Assembly (NCBI GenBank): GCA_913047625.1
Contig: CAJWUJ010000003.1
Coordinates: 76,835 to 140,834, forward strand
DNA from: an uncultured Dehalococcoidia bacterium
GTDB lineage: Bacteria > Chloroflexota > Dehalococcoidia > Lucifugimonadales > CAJWUJ01
DNA: 64,000 bases
Direction: 5' to 3'
A model generated the notes under the pieces. That model was not told the DNA's origin and ran no database searches. It saw nothing but the letters and a program-made list of their open reading frames with translations. Positions 1 to 9,498 of this stretch are shown here, piece by piece. The position numbers were made by a program, and so were the translations under genes. How positions within the stretch are numbered: the first letter of the stretch is position 1; every line of letters starts with the position of its first letter.

Positions 1-132
1 TGGCTGTTGCGGCTGAAGTGGGAACCTGAGCAGTTTCCGGCTCAGAACCGCCTGAACACGAAATGGATAGCAGTAACGTTAAGGTTAGTAAAACTATATA
101 GCGAATCATAAAACTACCTTATCGAAAATGAG

Positions 133-209
133 TGGTGGGCGGTAGTGGACTTGAACCACTGGCCTCCGCGATGTCAACGCGACGCTCTAGCCAACTGAGC
201 TAACCGCCC
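133..209 (-). tRNA. tRNA-Val (anticodon GAC), 3' CCA encoded
   Basis: The reverse complement folds as a 77-nt cloverleaf. Acceptor GGGCGGT/ACCGCCC; D arm GCTC-AGTTGGCTA-GAGC; anticodon arm TCGCG-TTGACAT-CGCGG; 5-nt variable loop; T arm AGTGG-TTCAAGT-CCACT; discriminator A plus CCA. Confidence 0.9.
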
Positions 210-335
210 CAATCGTAGTGCAGGAGTGACTAAGTCTAACAATGAGATAGTGCCCAGTCAACTATAAGCAGAGAGATGCTCGCAATGTGGTTATTACTGA
301 GATGAACGGAGAACGGAGAAATTATAGTAAGATGT

Positions 336-854
336 TTGAAGATGAATAGTTATTACGACATTTTCCATTTGGGGAGTATCGGATGGATTGGAGTTGTTTC
401 CACAGATATTGGGTTAACTCGATCAGTTTTGCCTATGGGAAACTTCGATGCTGTACTTAAGTCATTGCAGCCCCAAGTTCTGAATGCAGAGTATGCGCCA
501 GGCTTTTTTAGTGGGCTTGAATATCGTCTTGAAAACTATTTTGCAGGCAAATCATTCGACTTGTACGACAAGATTGATTTAAGAGGGGCGCCATTATTCT
601 TTAAAGCAGCGTGGGAAAAATGCAGGACGATACCGTTAGGTGAAACACGTAGCTATTCATGGCTGGCTGAGCAGTCGCGTAATGTTAAGGCCGTGAGGGC
701 GGTTGGTCAGGCGATGGCCCGGAACCCCCTACCGATTATAGTTCCATGCCATAGAGTTATTGGAAAGAATGGAAGCCTTACAGGATTTGCAGGTACCATT
801 CCATTGAAGCAGAAAATCCTTGAGCTTGAACAGCAAATCTCTTCTGGTATGTAA
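336..854 (+). CDS. ogt: Methylated-DNA--protein-cysteine methyltransferase (Ogt/MGMT family)
   Basis: 172-aa ORF carrying the active-site motif IVPCHRVIG. The start is TTG 336 or ATG 342. Confidence 0.85.
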   Translation: MKMNSYYDIFHLGSIGWIGVVSTDIGLTRSVLPMGNFDAVLKSLQPQVLNAEYAPGFFSGLEYRLENYFAGKSFDLYDKIDLRGAPLFFKAAWEKCRTIPLGETRSYSWLAEQSRNVKAVRAVGQAMARNPLPIIVPCHRVIGKNGSLTGFAGTIPLKQKILELEQQISSGM

Positions 855-967
855 AATGGATTTGATAAGGGGAACTCAAAAAATAGGATTAATTGGCATT
901 TAATATACGGGAGACTTCTATTCGGCCAAGGTATAATAAACGGATAGCTCTGTTGACTGAAAAGCAA

Positions 968-3900
968 ATGTTCACACACCTTCACTTACATACCGAATAT
1001 AGTCTTATCGATGGGCTCAGCAATATTCCGCTTCTAATTGAGCGAGCGAAAGCATTAGGGATGACTTCTTTGGCTATTACTGACCATGGTAACGTTCATG
1101 GGATTGTTGATTTTTATATTCAATGTAAAGAGGCAGGAATAAAACCAATCATAGGATGTGAGTTATATGTGGCTATAGAAAGCCGACACCTGAAGAATAC
1201 AAACGAGAAATCCCCGTATCATCTGACTGTTATTTGTAAAAATAATATAGGCTATAAAAATCTACTGCAACTTATTACCAAGGCAAATGTGGAAGGGTTT
1301 TACTATAAACCTCGCATTGATAGAGAATTGCTGGAAGAGCATAAAGAAGGACTCATTATTCTCTCAGGCTGTCCCCAAGGAGATATCCCTCGTCTTCTCA
1401 TAGATGGTAATTATGAGGAAGCCAAAGAAGTATCAGGGTGGTTTCAAGCAACGTTTGAGAATTTCTATCTGGAAATCCAAAGACATGAAGGCATTCCTCT
1501 GCTCGAACCATTAAATGCAGGTCTCTTGAAACTAAATCAAGAATTAGGCATTCCCTTGGTCGCTACCAATGATCTTCACTATGTTTGCAAGGATGATGCC
1601 TATGCTCATGATGTATTACTTTGTATTCGAACTAATACCACAATCGAGACAGATCAAAGAATGAAGATGTCGGATGATTCCTATTACCTGAAAAGTCCTG
1701 AAGAAATGACAACCCTTTTTAGTGATTTGCCAAGCGCAATTAATACAAGCGGCACAATTGCAGATATGTGTGATGTATCGCTAGATTTTTCCAGTCTTCA
1801 TTTACCTGAATATTCAGTTAACACAGACGAAACGGCTCAGCAGTACTTGGAAAAGCTGGCTGTAGAGGGTCTTAACAAAAGATATAATCAGCCAACTGAT
1901 CAGGCAAATGAAAGACTTCGGTACGAGTTGAACGTGATAGAACAAACACAGTTTGCCAATTATTTTTTGGTGGTTTGGGATATCGCTTCATTTGCTGCAA
2001 AACAAGATATTTTATTCGGAGTCAGGGGTAGTGCTGCAGCGAGCTTGGTTTTGTACTCGTTGGGAGTTACTGAAATTGACCCCCTGCGTTACAAGCTGGT
2101 TTTTGAAAGATTCTTGAATATAGAAAGAAAAGAAATGCCAGATATTGATATGGATTTCCAGGATGACCGTCGTGACGAAATCATACAATACATCACTAAC
2201 CTATATGGAGCCGAGCATGTGGCGCAAATCGTAACCTTCGGGACACTCGGAGCAAAAGCGGCTATAAGAGATGTCGGCCGAGCTTTGGGGTACCCTTACG
2301 CCGAAGTTGATTCAATTGCTAGATCTATACCGATTGGTCCAAATATGACGTTGGAACAAGCGGCAAGCAGCAGCGAAGAATTTAGAGGTCATTATGAGGG
2401 TAGCGACAGATACCGGAAACTAATTGATACAGCTAAAGAACTGGAAGGCGTTGTCCGTCATGCAAGTACCCATGCGGCAGGTGTGGTTATTTCTAAGGAG
2501 CCTTTGACGCATCATGTCCCATTACAACGTCCTGTGAGAGGAGACCAAGGCGAAGGAAATATGACCCAATTTCCGATGTATCCAATTGCAAAATTGGGAC
2601 TGTTAAAAATGGATATATTGGGATTAACAAACTTTACTAGCCTAAGCAAAGTTATTCCCGTGATCAAAGAGGTGAAGAACGAGCAGTTAAACCTCAAAGA
2701 AATTACATTAGAGGATCCTAAGACGTTTGAGCTTTTGGCATCTGGTGAAACAACAGGAATATTTCAATTGGAAAGCGCGGGAATGAGGAAATATATAAAA
2801 GAATTAAAGCCAACATCTCTGGGTGATATTTCTGCAATGATTGCTTTGTATCGGCCAGGACCAATGGAACATATTGATACTTTTATTAAAGCTAAGCACG
2901 GACTGAGAGAAGTCAAGTATCCTCATCCTGTGCTCCAAGATATTTTGCAAGAAACGTACGGAGTGATTGTGTATCAAGATCAGGTGATTTTGATCTTACA
3001 AGCATTTGCAGGTTATTCCTTGGGAGAAGCTGATATCGTCAGAAAGGCTATGGGAAAGAAAATTCCTGAATTAATGGCATTAGAAAAAGAAAAGTTTCTT
3101 ACAGGAGCTAAGGAACGAGGCTATTCACTTGAATCAGCAAGCGAAGTATTTAGCCTGATTCAGCCCTTTGCAGGATATGCTTTCAATAAAGCACATAGCG
3201 TAAGTTATGCGTTAGTTGCCTATAGAACCGCATATTTCAAGGCCAATTATCCAGTGGAATACATGTCCGCTGTTTTGAATTCGCACTTAGGAAATGTAGA
3301 AAAGACTGGAACCATTCTTTCTGAATGCAGACGTTTACAAATAGGAGTTCTTCCACCAGATATTACTCAGAGCGATGTCTCGTTTACAGTTGAAAGTGAT
3401 TCCGGCAGTGCAACAATACGATATGGCTTAGGAGGGATAAAGAATGTGGGAGCAAATGCGGTCAAAGAGCTTGTAAAGACACGAATCCAAAGTACCCCCA
3501 TAGGATCTATAGAGGAGGCTTGCAGGAGAGGATATTTCCAAGGAATGAATAAACGTACTATTGAAAGCCTCATTAAAGCTGGTGCATTTGACGTTTTGGG
3601 TAAACGAGGAGCCCTTTTATCTGCAACAGATAAAATTGTTGGGGTTGTACAACAAGAAGCAAAGCTTAAAGATTCTGGCCAAACTACGATGTTTGATCTT
3701 TTTGGCGATACTGTGGAAGCACCGTTAGCTGAAATTGTAATCAGCGAAGAGGATGCGACTGACAGAGAAAAAGCTGGATGGGAATCAGAGCTCTTAGGGA
3801 TTCACCTAACAGGAGGTTTAGCCTCTCTTGTTGGAAGTCTAACTGGCATTGAAGCTATAGTGACAGTGGAAGACTTTGAAAGCAGGGATTTGGGAACGCG

Positions 3901-4555
3901 AGTTAAGGTTGTCGGGCAAGTTTTTAACGTTCGTAATTTGTTCACAAAAGACAAACGCCCGTTCTCTATAGTGGAACTTGAGTTGCTGGATGGAAAAGTC
4001 ACAATCTTTGCTTGGCCTGAAGTGTATGAAAAAACAAGAGGGCTATGGTTTGAGGGAAGTGTGGTATTTGTCGTTGGAAAAACTACAAATCGAGATGGCC
4101 AAGTAGCTATCACTTGTTACAGTGCAGAAGAATATATAGCTGAAAGTAAAGACAGTGCGGAAACTGAGCCCATTAGTTATACTGAGACGAATAGCAATAG
4201 CGTCTCCAGTGTCAATAGGACCAACAGCAGTATGGAATTTAATAAAACTGAACGTAGCAGCCATGTTGCCACTAGTCAGGAAAAAGCTTTACCTAACCCA
4301 CCAGACCCGTTTCCTAAAACTATTGTAATCAGCTTACGAGAAACAGACCAACCAGTAGAAGATGAGCATAGATTAAAAGAACTCTTGCAATTGTTGTTGG
4401 AGTATCCTGGCAAAGACAATTTTATGTTGTCAGTAGAGACAAAGAAAAACACAGTAGCAGTAGATTTCCCTGGCATGTCCATTGAATATTCACCTACTTT
4501 GCATGGACAAGTTACTGATCTTTTAGGGAATTCTGATTGTATTCAGACAGAATAG
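968..4555 (+). CDS. dnaE: DNA polymerase III alpha subunit
   Basis: PHP-domain N-terminus MFTHLHLHTEYSLIDG, then a long polymerase core and an OB-fold region. The ORF track starts at TTG 893, but ATG 968 gives the canonical DnaE N-terminus. Confidence 0.95.
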   Translation: MFTHLHLHTEYSLIDGLSNIPLLIERAKALGMTSLAITDHGNVHGIVDFYIQCKEAGIKPIIGCELYVAIESRHLKNTNEKSPYHLTVICKNNIGYKNLLQLITKANVEGFYYKPRIDRELLEEHKEGLIILSGCPQGDIPRLLIDGNYEEAKEVSGWFQATFENFYLEIQRHEGIPLLEPLNAGLLKLNQELGIPLVATNDLHYVCKDDAYAHDVLLCIRTNTTIETDQRMKMSDDSYYLKSPEEMTTLFSDLPSAINTSGTIADMCDVSLDFSSLHLPEYSVNTDETAQQYLEKLAVEGLNKRYNQPTDQANERLRYELNVIEQTQFANYFLVVWDIASFAAKQDILFGVRGSAAASLVLYSLGVTEIDPLRYKLVFERFLNIERKEMPDIDMDFQDDRRDEIIQYITNLYGAEHVAQIVTFGTLGAKAAIRDVGRALGYPYAEVDSIARSIPIGPNMTLEQAASSSEEFRGHYEGSDRYRKLIDTAKELEGVVRHASTHAAGVVISKEPLTHHVPLQRPVRGDQGEGNMTQFPMYPIAKLGLLKMDILGLTNFTSLSKVIPVIKEVKNEQLNLKEITLEDPKTFELLASGETTGIFQLESAGMRKYIKELKPTSLGDISAMIALYRPGPMEHIDTFIKAKHGLREVKYPHPVLQDILQETYGVIVYQDQVILILQAFAGYSLGEADIVRKAMGKKIPELMALEKEKFLTGAKERGYSLESASEVFSLIQPFAGYAFNKAHSVSYALVAYRTAYFKANYPVEYMSAVLNSHLGNVEKTGTILSECRRLQIGVLPPDITQSDVSFTVESDSGSATIRYGLGGIKNVGANAVKELVKTRIQSTPIGSIEEACRRGYFQGMNKRTIESLIKAGAFDVLGKRGALLSATDKIVGVVQQEAKLKDSGQTTMFDLFGDTVEAPLAEIVISEEDATDREKAGWESELLGIHLTGGLASLVGSLTGIEAIVTVEDFESRDLGTRVKVVGQVFNVRNLFTKDKRPFSIVELELLDGKVTIFAWPEVYEKTRGLWFEGSVVFVVGKTTNRDGQVAITCYSAEEYIAESKDSAETEPISYTETNSNSVSSVNRTNSSMEFNKTERSSHVATSQEKALPNPPDPFPKTIVISLRETDQPVEDEHRLKELLQLLLEYPGKDNFMLSVETKKNTVAVDFPGMSIEYSPTLHGQVTDLLGNSDCIQTE

Positions 4556-4714
4556 AAAAATGTTCCGATAGGCTGTCTGTTTCGCTAGAAGCGAATTTAT
4601 CGGGCAATTTAGCTAATAGTACATAATAGCCATCAAAACACTAGAGTTTTTGGTTTGAATGGATGTCTTCCTGTGGTACAATTCATCGGCCCAGGCAATA
4701 ATCAAACGCGAGGT

Positions 4715-5338
4715 ATGAACTTGAGTAATTCGACAATTGTTTTAATCGGTGGAGCTCCGGGAACAGGAAAAACCACCGTTGGAAATCTTTTAGTAAAGGC
4801 ATTGGGACTATCTCATCACATTAGTACAGGCTTTATCAGGGCTTCCATACAGCATTTGCTACCACCTGATAAAGCAGACTTATTGAAAGTACACGCATTC
4901 GACGCGGTGGATCGACTAGAGTTAAATGGAAATTCCGAAAACGGAGGAGTCTTGAAAGGTGTATTAGCCCAGGCTGAAATCCTTGGAGAATCCATAGAGT
5001 CCTGTATAGCAAGGGCCACTAGAGAAGGTATTGGGCTTGTAATTGAAGGCAGTCATCTGATGGCAGATACGGTTAATATCAAGAGTTCCGACCAGGTATT
5101 CCTATGTGTTCTAGATGTTCCTGTACGAGAATTGTTGATCGAACGAGCTTTAAGCGAGAATCATTCGAAGAGACAGCTTTCGGAGATACAATTAGACCGG
5201 CTTTTAGAATTACAAGAAGAGTTAGTAAATAGAGCACACGAATCTGGAGTACCTGTGATAATCAATAATACCCTTGAAGAAACCATAAGGAATATAACAG
5301 GACTAATTGCAAAGAAAGAAACAGCGATATCGCTGTAA
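4715..5338 (+). CDS. P-loop kinase, COG2074 (2-phosphoglycerate kinase-like) family
   Basis: Walker A GAPGTGKTT followed by ISTGFIRASI, a pattern I associate with 2-phosphoglycerate-kinase-like ATPases. ATG 4715 is preferred over TTG 4655, but the start is uncertain. Confidence 0.5.
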   Translation: MNLSNSTIVLIGGAPGTGKTTVGNLLVKALGLSHHISTGFIRASIQHLLPPDKADLLKVHAFDAVDRLELNGNSENGGVLKGVLAQAEILGESIESCIARATREGIGLVIEGSHLMADTVNIKSSDQVFLCVLDVPVRELLIERALSENHSKRQLSEIQLDRLLELQEELVNRAHESGVPVIINNTLEETIRNITGLIAKKETAISL

Positions 5339-5350
5339 GATCCTTAAATT

Positions 5351-5380
5351 TTGACGAAGGTTTGTGCTCAGTGTTATACT
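5351..5380 (+). promoter_or_regulatory. Candidate sigma-70-type promoter for infC-rpmI-rplT
   Basis: TTGACG (5351-5356), an 18-nt spacer, then TATACT (5375-5380), about 57 nt upstream of the infC start. Sequence pattern only. Confidence 0.3.
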
Positions 5381-5436
5381 CGGGCGCACGTTGTACTAGG
5401 ATCACTTAGGTCAATGAGCAGAAAAGGAATTGAGTA

Positions 5437-6015
5437 ATACCTAAACAATATAGAGTAAATGAAAGAATCCGATCTAAAGAAGTTCGGGTCATTGACGATA
5501 AAGAGGAACAGTTAGGAGTAATAGCCCTATCTGAAGCGATAGAGCTTGCTCGGGACCGAGGGTTAGATTTAGTAGAGGTAGCACCGAATTCTCAGCCTCC
5601 AGTATGTCGGTTGCTTGATTATGGGCGATTCCTCTATATGCAAACTAAAAAGGAAAAGGAAGCTAAAAAATCACAGAAAATTAACCTAGTTCGTCAAATT
5701 AGGATGAGGACACGTATAAGCAGTAATGATATGCTTGCGAAGCAAAAGCTGGTCAGAAAATTTCTACAGCAAGGAATTAAAGTTAAAGTGTCAGTCCTCT
5801 TTCGCGGAAGAGAGATAACCCATCCTGACATAGGGATCAATATTTTGAAGCGAATGGCTGAGGCAGTAGAAGATCAAGCCAAACTTGAACAAGTTCCTAA
5901 TATGGAAGGAAGAATGCTGAGCATTGTTCTAGCACCGATACCAGCGGCAGCTAAAAAACAAGAAACTAAGAAGGAAGCAGAGGAGCAAGTAAATGCCCAA
6001 GATGAAAACACATAA
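5437..6015 (+). CDS. infC: Translation initiation factor IF-3, non-canonical ATA start
   Basis: The IF-3 N-domain (QYRVNERIRSKEVRVIDDKEEQLGVIALSEAIELARDRGLDLVEV) is encoded upstream of the first ATG/GTG/TTG (TTG 5611). There is an in-frame TGA at 5431. ATA at 5437 is preceded by AAGGA (5424-5428). Confidence 0.85.
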   Translation: MPKQYRVNERIRSKEVRVIDDKEEQLGVIALSEAIELARDRGLDLVEVAPNSQPPVCRLLDYGRFLYMQTKKEKEAKKSQKINLVRQIRMRTRISSNDMLAKQKLVRKFLQQGIKVKVSVLFRGREITHPDIGINILKRMAEAVEDQAKLEQVPNMEGRMLSIVLAPIPAAAKKQETKKEAEEQVNAQDENT

Positions 6016-6196
6016 AGGAGCCCAAAAACGCTTCAGGGCTACTGGCTCCGGCAAACTAGTTCGAATGAAAGGTCATGCAAGTCATCTTCGGAGAAAGAAG
6101 CCTAAAAGCGTGAAAAGAGCATACTCGTCGGTTTTACCACTGAATCCGGCTGACGAGTCTAGAATTAGAAGAGTTTTACCTTATATAGGTAAATAG
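5993..6196 (+). CDS. rpmI: 50S ribosomal protein L35
   Basis: 67-aa basic protein MPKMKTHKGAQKRF..., in the canonical infC-rpmI-rplT order. Confidence 0.95.
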   Translation: MPKMKTHKGAQKRFRATGSGKLVRMKGHASHLRRKKPKSVKRAYSSVLPLNPADESRIRRVLPYIGK

Positions 6197-6217
6197 CGTA
6201 CATAGAGGGAGTTTACC

Positions 6218-6577
6218 GTGCCACGAGTCAAACGAGGGGTAACCAAGCAACAAAGACACAAGAAAATACTGGCCTTAGCAAAAGGCCATCGAGCTTCCAG
6301 GCATAAACTGTTTAGAAGAGCCAAGGAATCTGTGATTAAGGCCTTAGTTTATGCGTATCGTCACAGGCGTGAGCGCAAAGGTGATTTCAGGCGCCTATGG
6401 ATACTCCGAATATCTGCAGCAGCTCAGTCCAATGGTATCTCTTATAGTAGGTTTATGAACGGTGCCAAGGAACACAATATAGGATTGAACAGGAAAATGC
6501 TCGCAGAGATGGCCGTTAACGACCCTGAGGCTTTCAGTCAACTGGTTGGTAGGGTTAAAGAGCCTGCCACAGCTTAG
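6218..6577 (+). CDS. rplT: 50S ribosomal protein L20
   Basis: MPRVKRGVTKQQRHKKIL... with a GTG start. Canonical L20 N-terminus and operon position. Confidence 0.95.
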   Translation: MPRVKRGVTKQQRHKKILALAKGHRASRHKLFRRAKESVIKALVYAYRHRRERKGDFRRLWILRISAAAQSNGISYSRFMNGAKEHNIGLNRKMLAEMAVNDPEAFSQLVGRVKEPATA

Positions 6578-6592
6578 ACGAGTTCCCTTCGG

Positions 6593-7246
6593 TTATTGAA
6601 TTTCAGAGAGATCCCGTATCAGATTTGTTGGTTCGACATTAAGACCATCGTAGTAGCGCCTGATATTTTGTGACTGATCAACAAGAATCAAACGGTTGCT
6701 ATGTGAAATAGCTATTGATCCTTCGGCATGACGATGCAGGGATCCGTCCGCATGGACGTGAATTGATGGTTCGATGTTAAGTGCTAACTTAAAGCCTTCA
6801 GTTACAAGATTTGTAATTTGTTCTTGATTTCCGGTAAGAAGATCCCAGTTTTCATCTGGTAAATTTGCGGTCTTCTGGTAAATTTGTAGCTTAGGCGCAT
6901 CAAGTGGACCGTCATCCAAGATAATCGAAACGAACAACAAGTTATCTGTGAGTAAACCCTTTTGGCGTAACTCCTTATGTATATAAGAGAGGCGATGAAC
7001 TAAAAGGGGACAGGTATCAAGGCATTTAGTATAAAGAAAGCTAATAAGAGCGGCCGAACCCTCGAAACTGGATGATGACCGAGGTTGACCATCTTGGTCC
7101 AGTAGAGTGAATTCTGGTATAGGCCCAAAAGTCGTAAGGTCTTGTTGCGGGCTTTCTCGCAGGAGTGTATAGCATATTGTCATCACGATAATGGATAATA
7201 ATGTGATCACAAACAGAATCCGAGTTATATTGGCTTTTTGCATCAT
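6593..7246 (-). CDS. SCO1/SenC family copper chaperone (thioredoxin fold)
   Basis: N-terminal TM anchor, a CLDTCP (CxxxC) copper site and a downstream His. It is the last gene of the oxidase array. Confidence 0.8.
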   Translation of the reverse strand: MMQKANITRILFVITLLSIIVMTICYTLLRESPQQDLTTFGPIPEFTLLDQDGQPRSSSSFEGSAALISFLYTKCLDTCPLLVHRLSYIHKELRQKGLLTDNLLFVSIILDDGPLDAPKLQIYQKTANLPDENWDLLTGNQEQITNLVTEGFKLALNIEPSIHVHADGSLHRHAEGSIAISHSNRLILVDQSQNIRRYYDGLNVEPTNLIRDLSEIQ

Positions 7247-7270
7247 ATAAGCTGTAAATTCGAGCGCATT

Positions 7271-8071
7271 TCACTCAAGGCTAGTTGTACTGTCTTTCTG
7301 TGCAGACTGGTCTTGATTATACCAGCGAAAAAATACCGAGATGAGCACAAACAAGAATATGGCGGTTGTAGAAACTTTCATGATGACGCCGCCTATTTGC
7401 TGGTCGTGAAGATGCGTTATACCTAAAAATAGAGCGGTATCTGCGTATGATGAGTAGAAAGGGTTTGTTGCAAAAGTAACTGGTGCAAAAACAGCAATTT
7501 GGGCTATGGGCATAAGAAAAAGATAGAACATTTGTCCAGGGAGAGACAGTCGCGGAAGAAGCCGGGACGGGCTTAGAATGGGCCACCATCCCAATACGGA
7601 AGCAGCTAACATGCTGAGATGTTCGAAACCGTGGATGAAAGAAGACTGGATAGCGGCATCATAAAAGAAAGAAAAATGCCAGACCGCAAATATCACGTTG
7701 AAGCAAAAGAAAGTTACCACAGGATGAAACAGAACCCGACCAAGTGGAAGAAAAAGATTAATATGCCCCAGGCGATCAGGAATCCACGGAGGTATTGATA
7801 ACAGCAATAGTGGAACCACTATAAAGCATAGGAGCACATGTTGAAGCATATGGATGGAGAAAAAATGTTCACTTAAATCATGGATAGGGGAAATTTCGGC
7901 TATAACCAGAATGAAGAAGCCGACAAAAAAACAAATGATGTTTTTCCGCAACGGCTTAGTCAACCGGATCTCTGTAGGCCTTAATGGGTACAGAATTGCC
8001 CAGTAAGACCACGCTAAGAGAACCAAGCCTATATAAATCTCAGGGTGCCAGTAGTGCCATTGGGTAGACAT
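7271..8071 (-). CDS. ctaG: Cytochrome c oxidase assembly factor CtaG (Caa3_CtaG family)
   Basis: Polytopic membrane protein with HMLQH, AVWH and DQQIGGVIMK motifs, as in Bacillus-type CtaG. Confidence 0.75.
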   Translation of the reverse strand: MSTQWHYWHPEIYIGLVLLAWSYWAILYPLRPTEIRLTKPLRKNIICFFVGFFILVIAEISPIHDLSEHFFSIHMLQHVLLCFIVVPLLLLSIPPWIPDRLGHINLFLPLGRVLFHPVVTFFCFNVIFAVWHFSFFYDAAIQSSFIHGFEHLSMLAASVLGWWPILSPSRLLPRLSLPGQMFYLFLMPIAQIAVFAPVTFATNPFYSSYADTALFLGITHLHDQQIGGVIMKVSTTAIFLFVLISVFFRWYNQDQSAQKDSTTSLE

Positions 8072-8125
8072 TATTCACCTAGGAGGGCGAAGAGTTGCTG
8101 CAAGAGAGGGAAATCATCAGCTAGG

Positions 8126-8833
8126 TTAATTTAAACTCATCAGATAAGACACTAGTTGCTCGAATTCGGAATCAGTAAGCGTTGACCTAAGTTCAGGCAT
8201 GATAGGGTCAAAGCCTTCAACAACAAATGCTGCAGGAGACTCGATTGACTCCCGAATATACTCTTCTGCTGAAAGTCCCTGCTGTCTGGAGGAGGCCCTG
8301 CTACCAATACCGTCTAAACTGGGGCCTAAAACACCAGTAGCACCGGACACATCTGTTACGGCATGACAGGCACCACAGCCTTTTGCAACAAGTATATTGC
8401 CGGTACTTTGATTATCTGTTGATACTGCTTCTGCAGAGGTTTCTTCTTCGGCACTAGGCTCCTTTGATATCTCCTCCTCGTGCGCAACTTCCCCGTGTTT
8501 GGCTTCTACGGTAACCACCTCAGGATTACTTGGACTAGAGAAGACCTGAAAGAGAGTTAGGACTAGGATAAAAGCAAAAAGCGCGACAGTAAGACCCCCG
8601 AAAAACATCCAGGAGAAAAGACTGTGATCAAATTTCAAATGCATATAGAAAAGAACCACAATAGCAAACTTGATCACCGACAAAACAATGAGTAGCGGAA
8701 TCATGATAGATTCCAAGGCAGCGATATAGACGATCCCAACCTCGATAGCTGTAATAATAACGAGTATCATTGCAGCCTTAAAATAGGTTAGGGGCGTTGG
8801 GTGATTAGTTTCTGGTCCGGCTGATGCGCTCAT
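8126..8833 (-). CDS. Oxidase subunit IV (CtaF/COX4_pro-like) fused to a C-terminal class-I cytochrome c domain
   Basis: N-terminal 3-TM segment with the FYMHLKF motif, an acidic Glu/Ser-rich linker, then a c-type haem site CGACH with a distal Met (PIMP). The start is taken at ATG 8833 (MSASAG...). TTG 8941 would overlap ctaE by 67 nt. Confidence 0.7.
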   Translation of the reverse strand: MSASAGPETNHPTPLTYFKAAMILVIITAIEVGIVYIAALESIMIPLLIVLSVIKFAIVVLFYMHLKFDHSLFSWMFFGGLTVALFAFILVLTLFQVFSSPSNPEVVTVEAKHGEVAHEEEISKEPSAEEETSAEAVSTDNQSTGNILVAKGCGACHAVTDVSGATGVLGPSLDGIGSRASSRQQGLSAEEYIRESIESPAAFVVEGFDPIMPELRSTLTDSEFEQLVSYLMSLN

Positions 8834-8874
8834 TTTAACTACGTTTCGTTTAAGTATCGTCAACTTAAACGAAC

Positions 8875-9486
8875 TTATACTCCTCCAATAAGATAGACGA
8901 CCGTGAATATAACAATCCAGACTATATCTACAAAATGCCAATATAGAGCTGCTAGGTCGACGCTAAGGCCGTGGTCTTTCTTTAAAGTTTCTGGATCTTT
9001 ATAAGAAAACCAGAATAATGATGCTAACCATATGACTCCAAGCGTGACATGAGCCCCATGAAAACCAGTAAGCGTGAAAAACGTGCTACCGAAAAGATTT
9101 GTCCGAGGGGTAAGGCCATGCAGTGCAAACTCACGAAACTCATATACTTGAAAACCCAGGAAGGTGCATCCCATTAATATAGTTCCCATTACCCATATGC
9201 GGAATCTCCGCATATCACCCTTGCCAATGGCATTGTAGGATAACACCATCATAAAGCTGCTCATTAAGAGGACAAAGGTACTCACGCTTGTAACAGGAAT
9301 ATCGAGTATATCTGCAGGAATTGGCCCTACAATGCTTCTGCTTTGATAGATCAAGTATGTTGCTATCAATGAACCAAAGAACATGCAGTCCGATCCCAAA
9401 AAAGCCCACATGAGGAGTTTTCTGTGATTTAGTCCTGTTGTAGTGTGATGTGTACTAGTTTCTGGTTCCACGAATTTAGACTCCAA
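8875..9486 (-). CDS. ctaE: Cytochrome c oxidase subunit III
   Basis: Polytopic protein with the subunit III pattern TGFHGAHVTLGVIWL. TTG start. Confidence 0.9.
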   Translation of the reverse strand: MESKFVEPETSTHHTTTGLNHRKLLMWAFLGSDCMFFGSLIATYLIYQSRSIVGPIPADILDIPVTSVSTFVLLMSSFMMVLSYNAIGKGDMRRFRIWVMGTILMGCTFLGFQVYEFREFALHGLTPRTNLFGSTFFTLTGFHGAHVTLGVIWLASLFWFSYKDPETLKKDHGLSVDLAALYWHFVDIVWIVIFTVVYLIGGV

Positions 9487-9498
9487 TGAGAAGTAGGT

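Noticed and set aside
133-335. tRNA-Val as a possible genomic-island integration site
   Set aside because: No integrase, no direct repeat of the tRNA 3' end and no mobility gene is visible nearby. The flanking genes (ogt, dnaE) are housekeeping.
4100-4555. Long C-terminal tail of DnaE (and the 25-codon N-terminal extension from TTG 893)
   Set aside because: A region after the OB fold is normal for DnaE (the tau/beta-binding C-terminal domain). The N-terminal extension is probably an ORF-calling artefact, because ATG 968 gives the canonical PHP N-terminus.
8834-8941. Longer version of the subunit IV::cytochrome c gene starting at TTG 8941
   Set aside because: It would overlap ctaE by 67 nt and add a Cys/Arg-rich non-membrane leader. 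ATG 8833 gives an N-terminus similar to Bacillus CtaF.
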